From the NCBI GenBank assembly GCA_965655095.1, contig OZ296649.1, positions 61,752,001 through 61,816,000 on the forward strand: a stretch of 64,000 nt of DNA, in the 5' to 3' direction. The position numbers and the translations under genes are program-made. This stretch comes from Haplodiscus bocki. Lineage: Eukaryota. Position 1 is the stretch's first letter; each line of letters starts with the position of its first letter. Below are positions 37,432 through 50,349 of this stretch, piece after piece. The notes under the pieces were generated by a model. The model did no database searches. It was not told where the DNA came from and worked only from the letters and a program-made list of their open reading frames with translations.

Positions 37432-39199
37432 GCCTCTGTGACCTTTTTGCCGAAACAACAGGAAAAGTCGAAAACATACTCGATTAAATTTTAAAATTTC
37501 ACACACATAAAAACGACCAGCAATGTTTCACTGCTCTCTGAAGTACAGGATTGAAGTTTTATGATTTCCGACTGCTTCCCAGGCAATATCGAGCCTTAGC
37601 AAAACTTGGCTGGAAACTCAATTATCAGTTGAGGTCATCGAGTTTTTTCACATAATTGTCTTCGTATCTCACATCGCTCATATCTTAAGGCAACTGTCTA
37701 CTTTGTTACGCGAAGTATGTTTCTACGTTCCAAATTGTGTTTTTTTAATTTGTTAGTTACTTAAAGTTTATGAAAACATTCATTTTTGACCAATCATGCC
37801 AAAGATTAAGCTTCCTTTCAAGATGCACCTGTTTTAATTGCCAACAGCAATGAGTTGCTTGCCATGGAAAACCAAAAGGACAACGGAGCATGTTGCTGGT
37901 ATTTTGCTCATTTCCGCTCAACTGCACTAACGGCGGATTTTTGTTGTCTCTTACAAACAGGAATCGTATGAGAATGCTTCTTTCAAATAGAAATTGTTCC
38001 GTTTTTTGAAGACTTGACTTTCAAGCAGCTGAAATTGAGTTTCTAAACAGCATGGCCTTTTACGCGCTTTCAGAACGCTCTAAGTTACTGGAATTGTCTC
38101 CTCAAAGACGATTTACAACGCTCGTTGAGCCTACGTTCCTTTCTTCTTACTCTTTTCACAAGTTTGTGACAGTGTCACGAATTTTTCCTTCTAACCCCTA
38201 TACCTCCGCACTCAAGCTACTAAGCGTAGTTTTTCCGGTTTACCGCATTAACATTGCTTACCATCGAAAAAAAAACGTTCTATTTGCGAATTATTGTAAT
38301 ATTTTTGGAAGAAGTTGCGTGGGAAACTGGTGTTTTGGACGTCTCGTACTGGGAAAGGCTGCTTTGGTAGGCCTTCTATAGAACTGTTTTTAAGATGAAA
38401 GCTTGGTTTGCTATTGTTCATCTAGTCTCTGCTATCGAAAGACATCTAGAGAGGCGTCAAATTATGACTGGATAGGGCGTCCACTAATATTGGATTGGTT
38501 TCAATCAGTTGATGGGCGGGACTCCATCGCGGGGGAGGCAACCAATTGTGGGTTTTCGCCCGACAACTGTGTCCATCTGCGAGTTTCATTCCCGGGCTGG
38601 GGGTCTCCCTTACTATCTGGGGTGGTTGAAAGTTGAACGTTCAGGAAAAATCAGTATTTCCTGGAACTTCCAGTGTCGTTTTCTTCACCCAGAACCGTAC
38701 TTCGAGGCGAATGACCTTCAAACGGTTCCACATCAAAATCATCTAGTGATTGCATCGGTGTTTTGAACATGGAGCTGCCAGAAGGCGTATTTTAGTTGGT
38801 TCGAATACGCCATGCTCAACAATGGGCCACTAAAGTTGCCTACACAAATTAGATTTATTTCACGTCTTATTGCTAAGCCATAATGTCAAACATTCTACGG
38901 ACTAGACCAGACAATCAATACTTTAAATTCGGCTTTTAGGCCGATATAAATTGTTGCTATTACTTCTTGAAGTCTTTGGTCGGTTGATTAGACACCAGTG
39001 TGCCGCTCAGTTAGGAAAGTGACATCACAAGGATCGTGAAGGTTGGTAGCAACATAGCAGCACGACTTGTGGGCGTTTTCGAAGTAACTTATGAGTACCC
39101 TATTTGGAGTTCAGATGGTAAGAGTGACTTCGCGTGAAAACAGGTCGGATTATATTCAAAGTCTCTTTTTGCAGCTGTTTGGTAGACTCAAAGTCTGAT

Positions 39200-41300
39200 G
39201 AGTCATTGTATTTGAAGTGCAATGTTGTTGTCTGGAAGCGTTAATCTTTTTATTGTGACGTTTAAGTTTCCGATCACGGTCAAATTAACTGATTCGACAT
39301 TGTTAGTCAGGCTCGATACATCATTTTCTCTTTTACTTCATCACACGACTGATTTCTTTAGGTCTTTCCTCGTTGGGGACGACTATCTGGCAGTAACACA
39401 TCTACGATGTAAAAACCAACTGACTATTGAAATGGGTGAGTCCCATTTTTTGAACAGGGGAGTCTAATGCTTAATGTCTACTGGCCAATATAATAAAAGC
39501 ATTCTACCAGTCGATCTAATATTCAACAGGAAGACAGACTTTGTCCTTATGAGGACTTCAAACTCGGAAAGAATTTTTTGTCGAGTGGCTGCCGATGGTA
39601 GTTGCAGCGATGCAATTCGTTAGGTTTGCTTGCGGAAGTTTTATCTAGAACTGTCACATGGCTCAGTCACAATGATGTCCTTGATCTTGGGTTTCACTAC
39701 TTTTGTAGTAGCTCTTCAGCTCCGGTTACCACAAAAAAACTTAATGGGCCCCAAGTGGGGTGAAAAACCCAGTTTTCACCTTAAAAAATCAAATAACCAC
39801 GACGTACATGTTCTAGGTAGCCACACTGTGAGAAAAGCTTTGTTTCAAATCTTCGCACAGCTGCCGAATTTTTAGTTGGGAACCACCGGCCGAGTCCTAT
39901 TTTTTTCACGTGAATGAAAAACAGAAACAGACTCTTCGTTAATTTTGCTCCGAGTATTCAGACTGTTCATTTTGTTTCTGATGTCCCGTTTTCGCGACAA
40001 GAACTTCATTCCGTTCCTGAAAGACGCCGATGTTAGGCGATGCGTGCCTTTTGCTCGGTTTCTGTATGGTTACTTTCGGGGTCACAGCAGATTGAAGTGC
40101 AATCACTGCCAAATGGTAACCATTGTTTTGCTTGAGATCTCTTGCTTTGAAATTGCTTCACTCAAGGAAAAAACAAGTGCCTTCACCAACGCAGGCTGTT
40201 CTTGAATTATATTTTTTTCGGCATCGATGACAATGCTACAAACAAAGGTGTCAGTTTTCTCGCTAAGTGAATATTTTGGCGCAATTTTTATCTCAGTGCA
40301 CTCACCAGAATTATTCATGTCTACTTTCGTGTTGAATCATGTCCTCAAAGTTTCATAGCATTTGGTTGCTCTTTTCAAACTAGAAGTGGTTGACGACAAA
40401 ATCATAGCTACTGGTCCCGTTCAACTGCCAATAGGCTTTGCTTCTGAAGATTTCGAAAATTGGATGAGTTTTTCAATCCAGTGGTATAATTGCTAATGCT
40501 ATCAATCAGTTATACGTTGGATTCTACTGGATGGAATTTTGCGCATATTGTGACAACGACAACATAGTCAGATTTTATTCGCGGAACCTGGTTCAATGAC
40601 TGGTAGGTTTGTGTCGCATTCTTTGAATGGGAGTGTTTTGGCTTCTGGATACTCGTACAATCAATCTGATGAGAAACAAGTAAATTTGGTTTTAATTTGT
40701 GAATCGTTCATGATAGCAAACGATTTGAGTTTCTGAAGGTGGAGCTTCATGTTGTAGGCAAAATTTATAATTCCTCGGTTTTTTCATTCTGGAAAACATC
40801 AGTATAAAAGTTCATTAGCTTGTCTATACAGATGTACGGTTCAGAGTAATCGAAATCCAAGTCATACATCTTGAAAGTTTGTTTCCTATCAACCACTTCG
40901 TGATATCCAGCTCTGGTGACTTCTTAAATCTTTGTATTTGCAGAATTTTTGGAACAGTCTCATAGGAATTTCAGGAGCAACAGCGGGAATCAGGTTTGTG
41001 TTTTTTGATGAAACGTTTTCTTTCACATATCCAATTTCCTTTTCAGGTTAGACACTCGATGTCTCCGTAGTCGAAGACTAACCATTCATCAAGATTATGA
41101 ACATGGAGTTTCAAACTTTTAATTATGGTTTTTCACTGTTCGTAAGAATGTGTTCTTATTGCTGAGTGAAGCTTGACGGACCTCGGTATAGGCGATTTTT
41201 TTGAAGAAAACTATGAGTAGGAGCTTCTGCAGCAACACCTTAGAAAAAAACTGTATCCCACTCGTGTTAACTCATCGGAGTTTTCACAAGTTTTCAAGAG
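39200..41300 (-). mobile_element. Heavily decayed BEL/Pao-like pol/integrase relic
   Basis: Faint motif remnants only: WVFHPTWGP (cf. WxFxPPxAPH) at ~39750-39775, RQPL (cf. NxRPL) at ~39590, HP.. at ~40465. No LTR pair found. Confidence 0.4.
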
Positions 41301-42390
41301 AGTTTCGGTTTTGTTCCAGAAAACGAAGTCTGCCAAAAGTGACGAACTTATTCTAGTAGTAAAGAATTTCAAAAGCTATGTTTCTAAAACGATTTTTTAG
41401 GATAATTAAAAGAGATGAGTTAACTGCGTCTGAAGGTGTTTATTTAAACTGGGGGTAGAAACTCAGACTGGCAAATACGATACTACGTGCAATATGAAGA
41501 AAATATTGTCTGTTAAAGTAATTGTCGGCGTTAACCACGCGAAAAGTTGCAACAGACGGCAGCAATTTTGAGAGAAAGAGATAACTGATTCGAAAAGTAG
41601 TTTCACGTATTGACTGTAGCGAACAATGAAAATTTTTTGTACAGAAACAAATTGATTGTAGCGAACTAAACCTAATTGCCTGCAGCGATTAAGTGAGCAT
41701 GACAAAATTGGTTAAAGCACACATGAGGATACATTTTTTTCATAATTCAACAAAATTCTATGAAACGACGTTAAAGTTTCCAAAAACGAACTGCAAAACT
41801 GTCCTTCGTTCGAACTCGCCTTACTGTTGCGTTCAAACTGTTGTGATTTACAGCTCAATTGTTGTCAGAAACATCATAGGAAGTTTCAGAGACTCTCGAT
41901 GTTTGGGCAACAGTTAGGATCCCTGGAAACAAAATGAGAAACCTTCAAATCGTCTCCGACTAAAAAATTTTCTTTTTGCAGAATCTCAAATGCCCCACCT
42001 TAATTTCCCGAACATCAAAAACATCTCCCTGTTTGGGGCAAAGTTTCAACACCTCAGGCCCTCCATTTCAACTGCTGGTAAGTTCAACTTGCGCTTTTCA
42101 ATGAACGTAACTATCGTTACGAAATTTTTCTGCACTCTCATCTTACACCGGAAGAAAATGCCGCAAAGTGCATTTGCTGACTCTCTCTACTCTTTTGAGC
42201 CAGTGTTGTTGTTTTATCTTTTTCCTAAATTTTCCAAACCAAGGCTTTTCTCTTGAAGCTCGAGCTCACAGACGCTCAACTGTGACAACATCCCGAGGTC
42301 AACAACCTACTTGTTATTAAACTTGTTATTAAACTTATTAAATAGTTTTTCAGTTTATTGCATGCCAGAGGCAGCAGTTGTGGCCTCTTA

Positions 42391-42963
42391 ATGGTTTATA
42401 TTCTCGGAGCAAGCAGTCTTCATCACGCGATCGAAGCCTGGAAACGGTGTAAACGACGACATCTATTCGATTCGAACATTAATTGCAATCCCTGGACTGC
42501 ATTTAAATCGACAGAGCAGAGCCCAGCACAAACTCGTCCAGGTAATCCAAAACGAAGTCTCAGCAGACGCAGGTTTTATTTTGTGGCACGACGCCATAAA
42601 TAACTCCATCGGGAAGCACCCAGTCGACCCACGTCCCCCCTGTCCCCTGAAGAACTGGTATCAGAACTCAAAAACCTTAAAGGTCTGTGCGGCATCGTCT
42701 ACTGTCAGCGGTCGGGTATCAAAAATAACTACAGCTACCTGGCTGTAACCGGTATCCCAGTCCTGAATCTTCTGAAAGATCTTCTTTCGAAGCGGAAGCA
42801 GAAACTCCAGAAGCTACTCGCGAAATACCAGGAACTCCATCAAGACTACAGACTTGAAATAAAATCCCTTACGTTCCTGAGAAATTACGGTGGTGATATC
42901 CGTCTGATCACAAACAAGAGACAGCGACTCTCCAAAACCAGCAGAGACAAAGGACTCAAGTGA
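42391..42963 (+). pseudogene. SGNH/GDSL-esterase-like ORF (two compensating frameshifts at ~42481 and ~42640)
   Basis: Reconstructed MVYILGASSLHHAI...IAIPGLHLN...ILWHDAINNSI...GIVYCQR...KYQELHQ resembles SGNH blocks I, II, III and V. Confidence 0.55.
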
Positions 42964-43059
42964 GGCTAAGGTAAATAGTTTCCTTCCTTGTTTCTCCCAG
43001 CCTTCTTTTACTGGTGTCTAGGATTAATTTCCCGGGCTAAGGTAAAAGAAACTACAATC

Positions 43060-43971
43060 ATGGTTAGAAAATGCAACACGTGTAAAAACAACATTGCTAC
43101 CTCGGAAAAAACCTATTGTTGCGTGGGCTGTAACCAGCACATGCATCTTACCACCGAATGCACAGCTCTCTCAAACGTTGCCATCAACGGAATCAAGGAA
43201 CTCGGTAACAATTGCATGCTCATGTGCAACACTTGTCTTGACAATGGAGAATGAGACGTGTTCATTAGATGCAGAGCACAAACGAAGGTCGAGTCCGTAA
43301 TCTCAGACTTGAAATGCGATGAAAAGCTCTCCAATCTGGAAAACAAGTTCTCCAAACTTGCCGACTCGAAACTTGCAAATCTAATTTCGAAGTCATGTGA
43401 CAAAATTGAACAAAACTATGCTAAAGTGACAGCCAAAACGCTCGAAAAAGCTGCCTCCGTGGTAACTTCCTCAAACTCCACAACAAAAGTGAAATCTGAA
43501 GATCTCAACATCTCAGCAAGCTTCAGAATACAAGGGATCGCTGAAGAGCCCGAGAAAACTGTCGATGAGAAACTTGTCCCAACCACCGAAAAAGTCAAAA
43601 ATATCCTACAATCCTTCAATGTCAATACCGAAATCACTTCAATGAAGCGACTTGGAAAATTTGACAAAACAAGAATCAAACCAAGGACCCTTCTTGTTAC
43701 GGTCCGGAATGAGTACGATAAGAAGCTAATCATGGCGAAGAGCGTGGAAAACAGCGAAGTCTTAACGGAGGAGTCCATCTACTTCCTTCCTGCATTATCA
43801 TTGGCTGACGTCATCAAAGAGAATCAAGTGCTGAAAATGAAAAGAGAACTTCTCGATGAAGGTGTTCCTCGTGAGAAACTAAAAATTCGCAACTTTGAAT
43901 TATTCAATGATGGTAAAAAGGTAGCGATGGATGCAACCGAGCTCCCTCCCAAGGAGCAAAGTTCATTTTGA
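43060..43971 (+). pseudogene. LINE-A ORF1 (PHD-like zinc finger, coiled coil, RRM-like region); premature stop 43252-43254
   Basis: CNTC..CVGC..H...C..CNTC; FRIQGIAE; RLGK..KPRTLLV; KLKIRN. Confidence 0.88.
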
Positions 43972-46820
43972 CTAGACAATGTAAGTGTACTACTTTTAAA
44001 CGCTCGAAGTCTTCTAAACTACGAACGTAGACTCAAACTCAGAAACGCCATTCTTGTCCAAAAGTATAACATAATCTGTATGACTGAAAGCTGGCTCACT
44101 TCAGACATTAACTCGGCGGAGCTCCTCATGAGTGACTTCACCATCTATCGGGCAGATAGACCCTCTACATCCGGCAAACCCTCTCCTCATGGTGGTGTGC
44201 TCATCGCCATGAGGAACACTTACTATTCTGAAGTCACTTTTGCCAATCTCTTCGAATGTTGCCTTCAATGCACAATAAGGATTTCAGGAAAAGACATTGT
44301 GATAAGGGTCTTCTACTGGCCCCGACATGGTAGCCCATACAGATACTCCACAGACGATTTCGTAAATCTGATCAGGGGAACCCCAAAAGGGAAACCAGTC
44401 ATAATCTGTGGTGACATCAATTTCCCCGACACAAACAGGGAAACTCGAACCAGCACCGACTCATTCGAACAAGCTGTGATTGAATTACTCGATGACCTAA
44501 TGTATGATCAATCGATCAATTTTCCCACCTGTGGCTCGCGAACTCTTGATGTTGCCTTTTTCTCCAACTGCACCGTAACAGCTGCGGTAGACGAGAACTT
44601 CAATGAGATTTACAACTGCTCAGATCACCTTGCCATCAGACTGACAATTGAGAGACTGACTTGTTCTGGAAAGATCTTCATAGAAAAATTCAGAAGTTTC
44701 GGGTCAGCCGACTTCAGCAACCTGCGTGACCACCTCTGACGGAACCCATTTCCCCCGCTTTTTTTGCAACATCGACAACACGTGCCTCGAACTATACCAG
44801 CATTTTGATCGAGCCATTGACAAGTTCGTCCCAACCCGGACGAGACATCGCCAGAATTCGCCCCCCTGGATAAACTTCAAATCTTCTCATCTGTTGAAGA
44901 AAATGCAAACCCAGAAAAGGTTACTAGCAGCTAAACCTACCATCTACAGGCGGAACAAAATAGTCGAACTAGAGAACCTAGTTTCCAAGCATGTGAAGAA
45001 GACAGAGTTCATTACCAGAGCTCATTACCAACTGTTCAACACGCGTGACACTGGTAGAATTTTCAAGCATTTAAAGTGTCTCAAAAAGACAGCCAGTCTT
45101 CCGTTATCAATGCACTTCAGAAGTGAAAGTACTCAAAGTGCCTTCAGAAGAGCGGAAATGTTCAACGAATACTTCCATTCAGTCTTCGCTCCAAAGGTGG
45201 ACTACAACTTGAACAACATCCCTGTGAGCAACGTTTCCCTAACAAATTTCAGCATTTCAAAAGCCAAATTACGGAGCACCATCTCTGATGTTGACGTAAG
45301 CAAAACGCGAGGCCCAAATGGCTATCCGCGTTCCTTCTTTGTTAATTCTGGCGAAGGTATGATTCATGCTCTTCATCTCTTGCTCAAAAACATAAAAAGG
45401 TTTCGAAAGATTCCCAAATGCTGGAAGCGCACTGTTGTTTCGCCCATTCATAAGAAAGGCGAAAAATTCCTCGTGGAAAACTATAGACCAATATCACTTC
45501 TAGAGATTGACAGCAAAATTCTAGAAAAATGCATGTATTCGCCACTCTACGAGCACTTTGAAACCTCCCTGAGCTCACGCCAACATGGTTTCGTTTGCCA
45601 GAAATCGACAATAACGAACATGCTCGCTTTCCTCCAAGCTGTCTACAAAGCCCTCGATAAGGATCAACACAGTGATGTCGTAGCTTTTAACACAGATTTC
45701 AGTAAGGCTTTCGACAAAGTATCCCATTACCTTCTGTTGTGCAAAGTAGCAAGGCTAGCCGTAAATGGTTGTTTGCTCGAACGTCTCCTTCATTATCTTT
45801 CCGACCGAAAGCAAATCGTGCGCGTTGACAACGTCACCTCTCGGCCAAAGGACGTAACTAGCGGTGTCCCCCAAAGGTCCCTCTTGGGACCACTTCTATT
45901 CTGTATTTTTATGAATGACCTCCCAGAAGCCCTAGCTTTCAGCGACTCATACTTTTTTGCAGATGACCTCAAATTTCTTTCCGTAAACCTAACAGAACTC
46001 CAAGTGCAAACCGATCTTCAATCACTTGAAATATGGGTAAATAAGAATCGAATGGCCCTAGCAACAGACAAATGTGCTAAACTGACATTCCGAGGGAAGG
46101 ACATAATTTTCAAACTCTTCGGAGAACCCCTGAAAACCGAAGCCAACGTAAGAGATCTAGGCATTACGTTGACCAGCGATCTCACGTGGAACATGCACAT
46201 ATCAAAAAAAGTAGCGAAAGCAAACGGTGTTCTCTACTTACTAAGAAGAAATGTCTCTCAATCTGTAGGTGCTCGAATCAAACTCGGACTCTATAAATCC
46301 CTAGTCTTACCCATTCTTCTCTATGGTATCCAGTGCATTCAACTGTCAAAAGCGTCAATGATCATCCTAGAAAAACTCCAGAAAAGAGCCGTTAAGTGGA
46401 TATGCGGAACAAGAAAATATGGACAACAACTTCGCTTTCTGAACATTCTGCCATTGCCTATGCGCATCCAAATTTTGAACCTGCTTACCTTGTCAAACTT
46501 TCGTACCAACTTTTGTACCAGCAACCCCACAACTGTGACTCTTTTACAGAGTCAAACTGCGCCCTCAAGAAGCAAAGAAGTCTTCAAGCTTCCCATAACT
46601 AGAACTGAAAAATCGAGGAACGAATTCGTGTTCAGAACTTCCCGTCTGGCAAACAGAGTAAACCAACATGCAAACTTCGAGGAACCTGTTGGATTGAAAA
46701 GACGTCTGACCAGGCTATTTTAGAGGGTCGTGGAAGCTACCTACGACGAACTCAACTCCTGCACCTGACTGAGTGCGTGCGACTGCCAGAACTGCAGGGA
46801 AAAGTGGACAATTTTCTAAA
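43972..46820 (+). pseudogene. LINE-A ORF2 (AP endonuclease + reverse transcriptase), frameshift ~44735 and late stops
   Basis: LNARS, TESWL, GGVLI, GDINFP, SDH; YRPISLL, QHGF, DFSKAFDKV, GVPQRSLLGPLLF, FADD. Confidence 0.92.
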
Positions 46821-46863
46821 CTCAACTCGGGATCAAACTCCCCTCAGTTTACTGTAAAGCCTC

Positions 46864-46901
<38 letters not shown>

Positions 46902-47040
46902 CTCTACGATAGGTCTCAAAAATCCCGCCGGTCCTACCGTGAAAAAATGAAGAACGTCTATGATTGAGAAAATTTTTTTTTAACTGACCACATAAATTTA
47001 AACCCCACGGCGCTGTCTGGTATCTGATCAGTACTTGAAA

Positions 47041-48450
47041 GGGAGACAGGAATAAGATATAATGGAATAAGATCTAATCGGGAAATTGGAATAAGATCTA
47101 ATGGAATAAGATCTAAAGGAAATCACCTTGAGAATAAGATCTAATGGAATAAGATCTAATGGAATAAGATCTAATGGAATAAGATCTGAAGGAATAAGAT
47201 CTAATGGATGAAATGTCTCACAATAGGACATTTTACTTTTCAAGAAAAACAAAATGAACGGCCAAAATCAACCAGCTCTTGAAATTTATCAAGCTCAATG
47301 GATTCATTGAAAAGCATTGAACGCAAAATTGTCAAGATATTACAAAAAATGTCAAAGTGAAACAAATTGAAAAAACGATAAGCTGGGGCACCATCAAGAT
47401 TAAAGCACTAAAAGACATGAAAATATCATTCAACTTCGTCAAAATGAATCGTTATTTTATTGGATATTCGGCATCCACATAATTGACAGTTATTTTTCTG
47501 AACACAGTTGGTAGAAATCATATGTCCGCATGAATGATTTGGTACATTAGGTAAATACCCTAATCGTATGTCCGCAGAAATTTGGATGACGGGCATCGAA
47601 CTTTCGCAACAGTCCCCAGTGAAAGCATTCGACCTCGGAATTAATTCGTCTGACACAGCTGTAGACGGATAGGAATCCCGAAGGTATTTTTTGAATCCAC
47701 TAATTCTCGATATAATTATAAAGCCAAACAACCTCATTACCCTTGCTTTTTGCCTTGATGTCAACCGTCGGTGCCAATGCGTGAAAACAGAGCTCTATTT
47801 TGTTTTCGGGAAGAAGAGGCAACGCCATCAGTTTTTTCAGCAATTTTAATGATTCTTGATCTTTACCAATGCTGAGTCTGGACCACTTTCTCCACAAAGC
47901 TTGACAATAAAGCAATAGACGTCCTTGCATTTGAGATTCGAAATTGAAATTGATTGACGGATAGAGGGCGGTTTCGAAATCGACAACACATTTGGTAGGC
48001 TTGAAGGTCGGGAAGAAATTTCGTATGGAAAGTAAAAGGGCATCGTACAGTTGTCGTAGCATGCAACGCCATGATACTCAGTTTTTTAATGAAAAGATTT
48101 AAAATGTTTGAACTGCTTTCCTTCTGTTCTTCGCAGTCCACAGATTGCGTGAATCCAAAGTCAACCTTGGGAAGAAGATGAGTCCGAAACCCGACATTGT
48201 TGAATCCAAAAGAACTGAAGAACCTGATTTTTATAATTCTGAATCAAGGGAATGGGACAGGTTTTGATTTCTGAACAGCTGAGTTACATCCTCTGCTCAT
48301 GTGGATTCCAAAGCCGTCGCTCTGAACAAGATCAGTATTTTTCGCAAGAACTGGAAGTTGGCAAACCGAATTCTTTAAATGAACTTCTAAGTGATGGCCT
48401 TCAACAGGTTTTTGGTCATAGTTTTGATATGGATGCCGGTTAAATTAAAA
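47041..48450 (-). mobile_element. Decayed Mutator-like (MULE) DNA transposon with 15-bp subterminal minisatellite
   Basis: CVVDFETAL...GRLLLYCQALWRK...LMALPLLP resembles the MULE DFExA..GCxFHxxQA motif; repeat block at the left end. Confidence 0.75.
47049..47208. repeat. 15-bp minisatellite ggaataagatctaat
   Basis: About 9 copies. Confidence 0.95.
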
Positions 48451-48699
48451 GTGCTCAAATTTTTGGAAAAAGTTTTTGTCATGCCAGATTAAATATTTTA
48501 CTGAAAAAACCAAAATATGCAAGAAAAATTCTACAGATACAGAAGAAATCATCGTATTAAGTTTTTGACACCCTAACGTGGACTCATTCGTCAGGTTGGT
48601 TTCTTATTTTTTCTCTGCTACTGCTTTAACACAAAAGTTTCGTCATTTTTGGAGGACGACCTTCGTACGTCCTCTCGCCAGGACATGTTACCGCTGCTC

Positions 48700-49852
48700 C
48701 AAAGATAACTATTAGCCTATCAGCTTCTTAGCCAATATATCCGTTTTAATCAAACCTTTTGTGTCCACGCCCCTTTAAGACAATGTATGTAAAGAACAAA
48801 CTCAACCCAAAACTATTTGGTGTTCAGTCGAAAAATGACTGCGCTGCAGCTCCGGAACTCTATCAAACAGAAAAAAATATAGACGTTAATCTCTCCTACA
48901 CAATTTTTCTGCACTACTCAATTGCTTCTGATTAGATGTTTTTCATAATTTTTACAAGCAAATTATCTAACTTTGGCATTGACGATGGCTTTTTAGACTT
49001 TCTCTGAGAGTCCTATCCCAGCAACCGCCTGCAAGTAGTATTTGTAAATGGTCTTCCGTCTGCTGGTGAAAACAATGTCAGCTGAGTCCCGCAACTTTCC
49101 GTACAAGAAAAACTCTTGTTTCTTCAGTGCATGAATGACTTACCAGCTCTAAACTTTGACTGCGGTCCAGGAATTTTTGCTGACGACCGCACTTTGATAC
49201 ACACTTCCATCAGTTCCATTAATGACTTGACAGTTCTTCACAATTAGAACCTGGTCAAAACAAAGACGGTAATGTATCAAATTTGAGAGTTTCGTTTCGT
49301 GAGGTTCCGATTCTGTTAACTGCGAACTCCGTTTTCTGGAGAATGCTAATGCATACAAAAAACTGAACGCAAAAAACACAAACATATTCGAGCGCGGAGA
49401 GACTTCCACAATTTGCAAATCGTGCGAGAACGAAAGTCATGCTCTACAATAGCTTATAACTGTCTTTTCTGCTATTTAGTTGCCAACTATGGGACCTATA
49501 AATTCGCGTTCAGGAGCTGGAACAACTTCAACTCTTCTGTGTAGACTGTGTTTTCGGCGAAGCGCAATACACCGAAATCCTGAAAACCAACAGTTGTTCC
49601 GCTCTCTCATGCTTTTGACTACGATGACATTCTTCATTTATTTTTCAGGTTTTTTCGAAACTGCGACACCTCCTTTTGCAATCCGCTATTTTACAGCTGA
49701 TAACAAAAAACGAAGTTTTATTAATCCCCTCTCTGCTAAACTTACTGTTCCTGTCTGTTTTTTTTTCAACTTGTTGATAGTTATGTTCTAATTGAATCCT
49801 GATCAGGGGTTACAAACCTCTCTCTCTCTTTCTGTCTCTCTCTCTTTGTCTC
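48700..49852 (+). mobile_element. Decayed CR1-like RT fragment followed by a (TC)n tract
   Basis: Remnants of GVPQ.., MNDLP and FADD at 49080-49190; (tc)n at 49818-49852. Confidence 0.6.
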
Positions 49853-50349
49853 AAGTACAATATACCCGTTGGACTGTGAAAAAAATTAGCAGGGCGTTGT
49901 GAGGTCAATAATATGGTGTAGATTGTGGGGCGCCGATCAAGTGGAGTGCAGCAGCTGGAATAGGTAGTTTGATAACTCTGGAAAAAGGCGTCCAACTCTA
50001 CTCTGCTTCAGTGTCTATATGTTGTATTGAGTTGCCAGACAACATTGAACCATGTATTCTGACATTTTTTTTTTCGATTTTAATTTGGGGTTTTTATATC
50101 TACCCCTATTTTTGAGAAGTGCTACAAGTGTGTCAGAAAAGTGTTCACCTGGCCCTCACGTGATGGACGCCAGAATAGGGACCGAATATGACGAAAAAGC
50201 AGTAGAAGAAGAAGTAGTAAAATTTAATATCTCTGATTAGAACCAAATACAAAGAAAACAATAACAAAATAATACAAATATGGTATAAACAGTCAATATT
50301 TGCAGATATATATTGTAAACAGCACCCTCTGAAGGGACCACCCAAAATA

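Larger units (their letters stand above)
42350..46901 (+). mobile_element. Near full-length CR1/L2-group LINE (LINE-A) with (CAA)n tail
   Basis: Upstream SGNH-like ORF, PHD-type ORF1, APE-RT ORF2, a 3' end ctgtaaagcct and about 13 CAA units at 46863-46901. 5' boundary approximate. Confidence 0.88.

Noticed and set aside
46773-46967. Poly-Gln ORF
   Set aside because: Translation of the LINE-A (CAA)n tail.
47049-47208. Repeat array as CRISPR
   Set aside because: Head-to-tail 15-mers without unique spacers, no cas genes, eukaryotic context.
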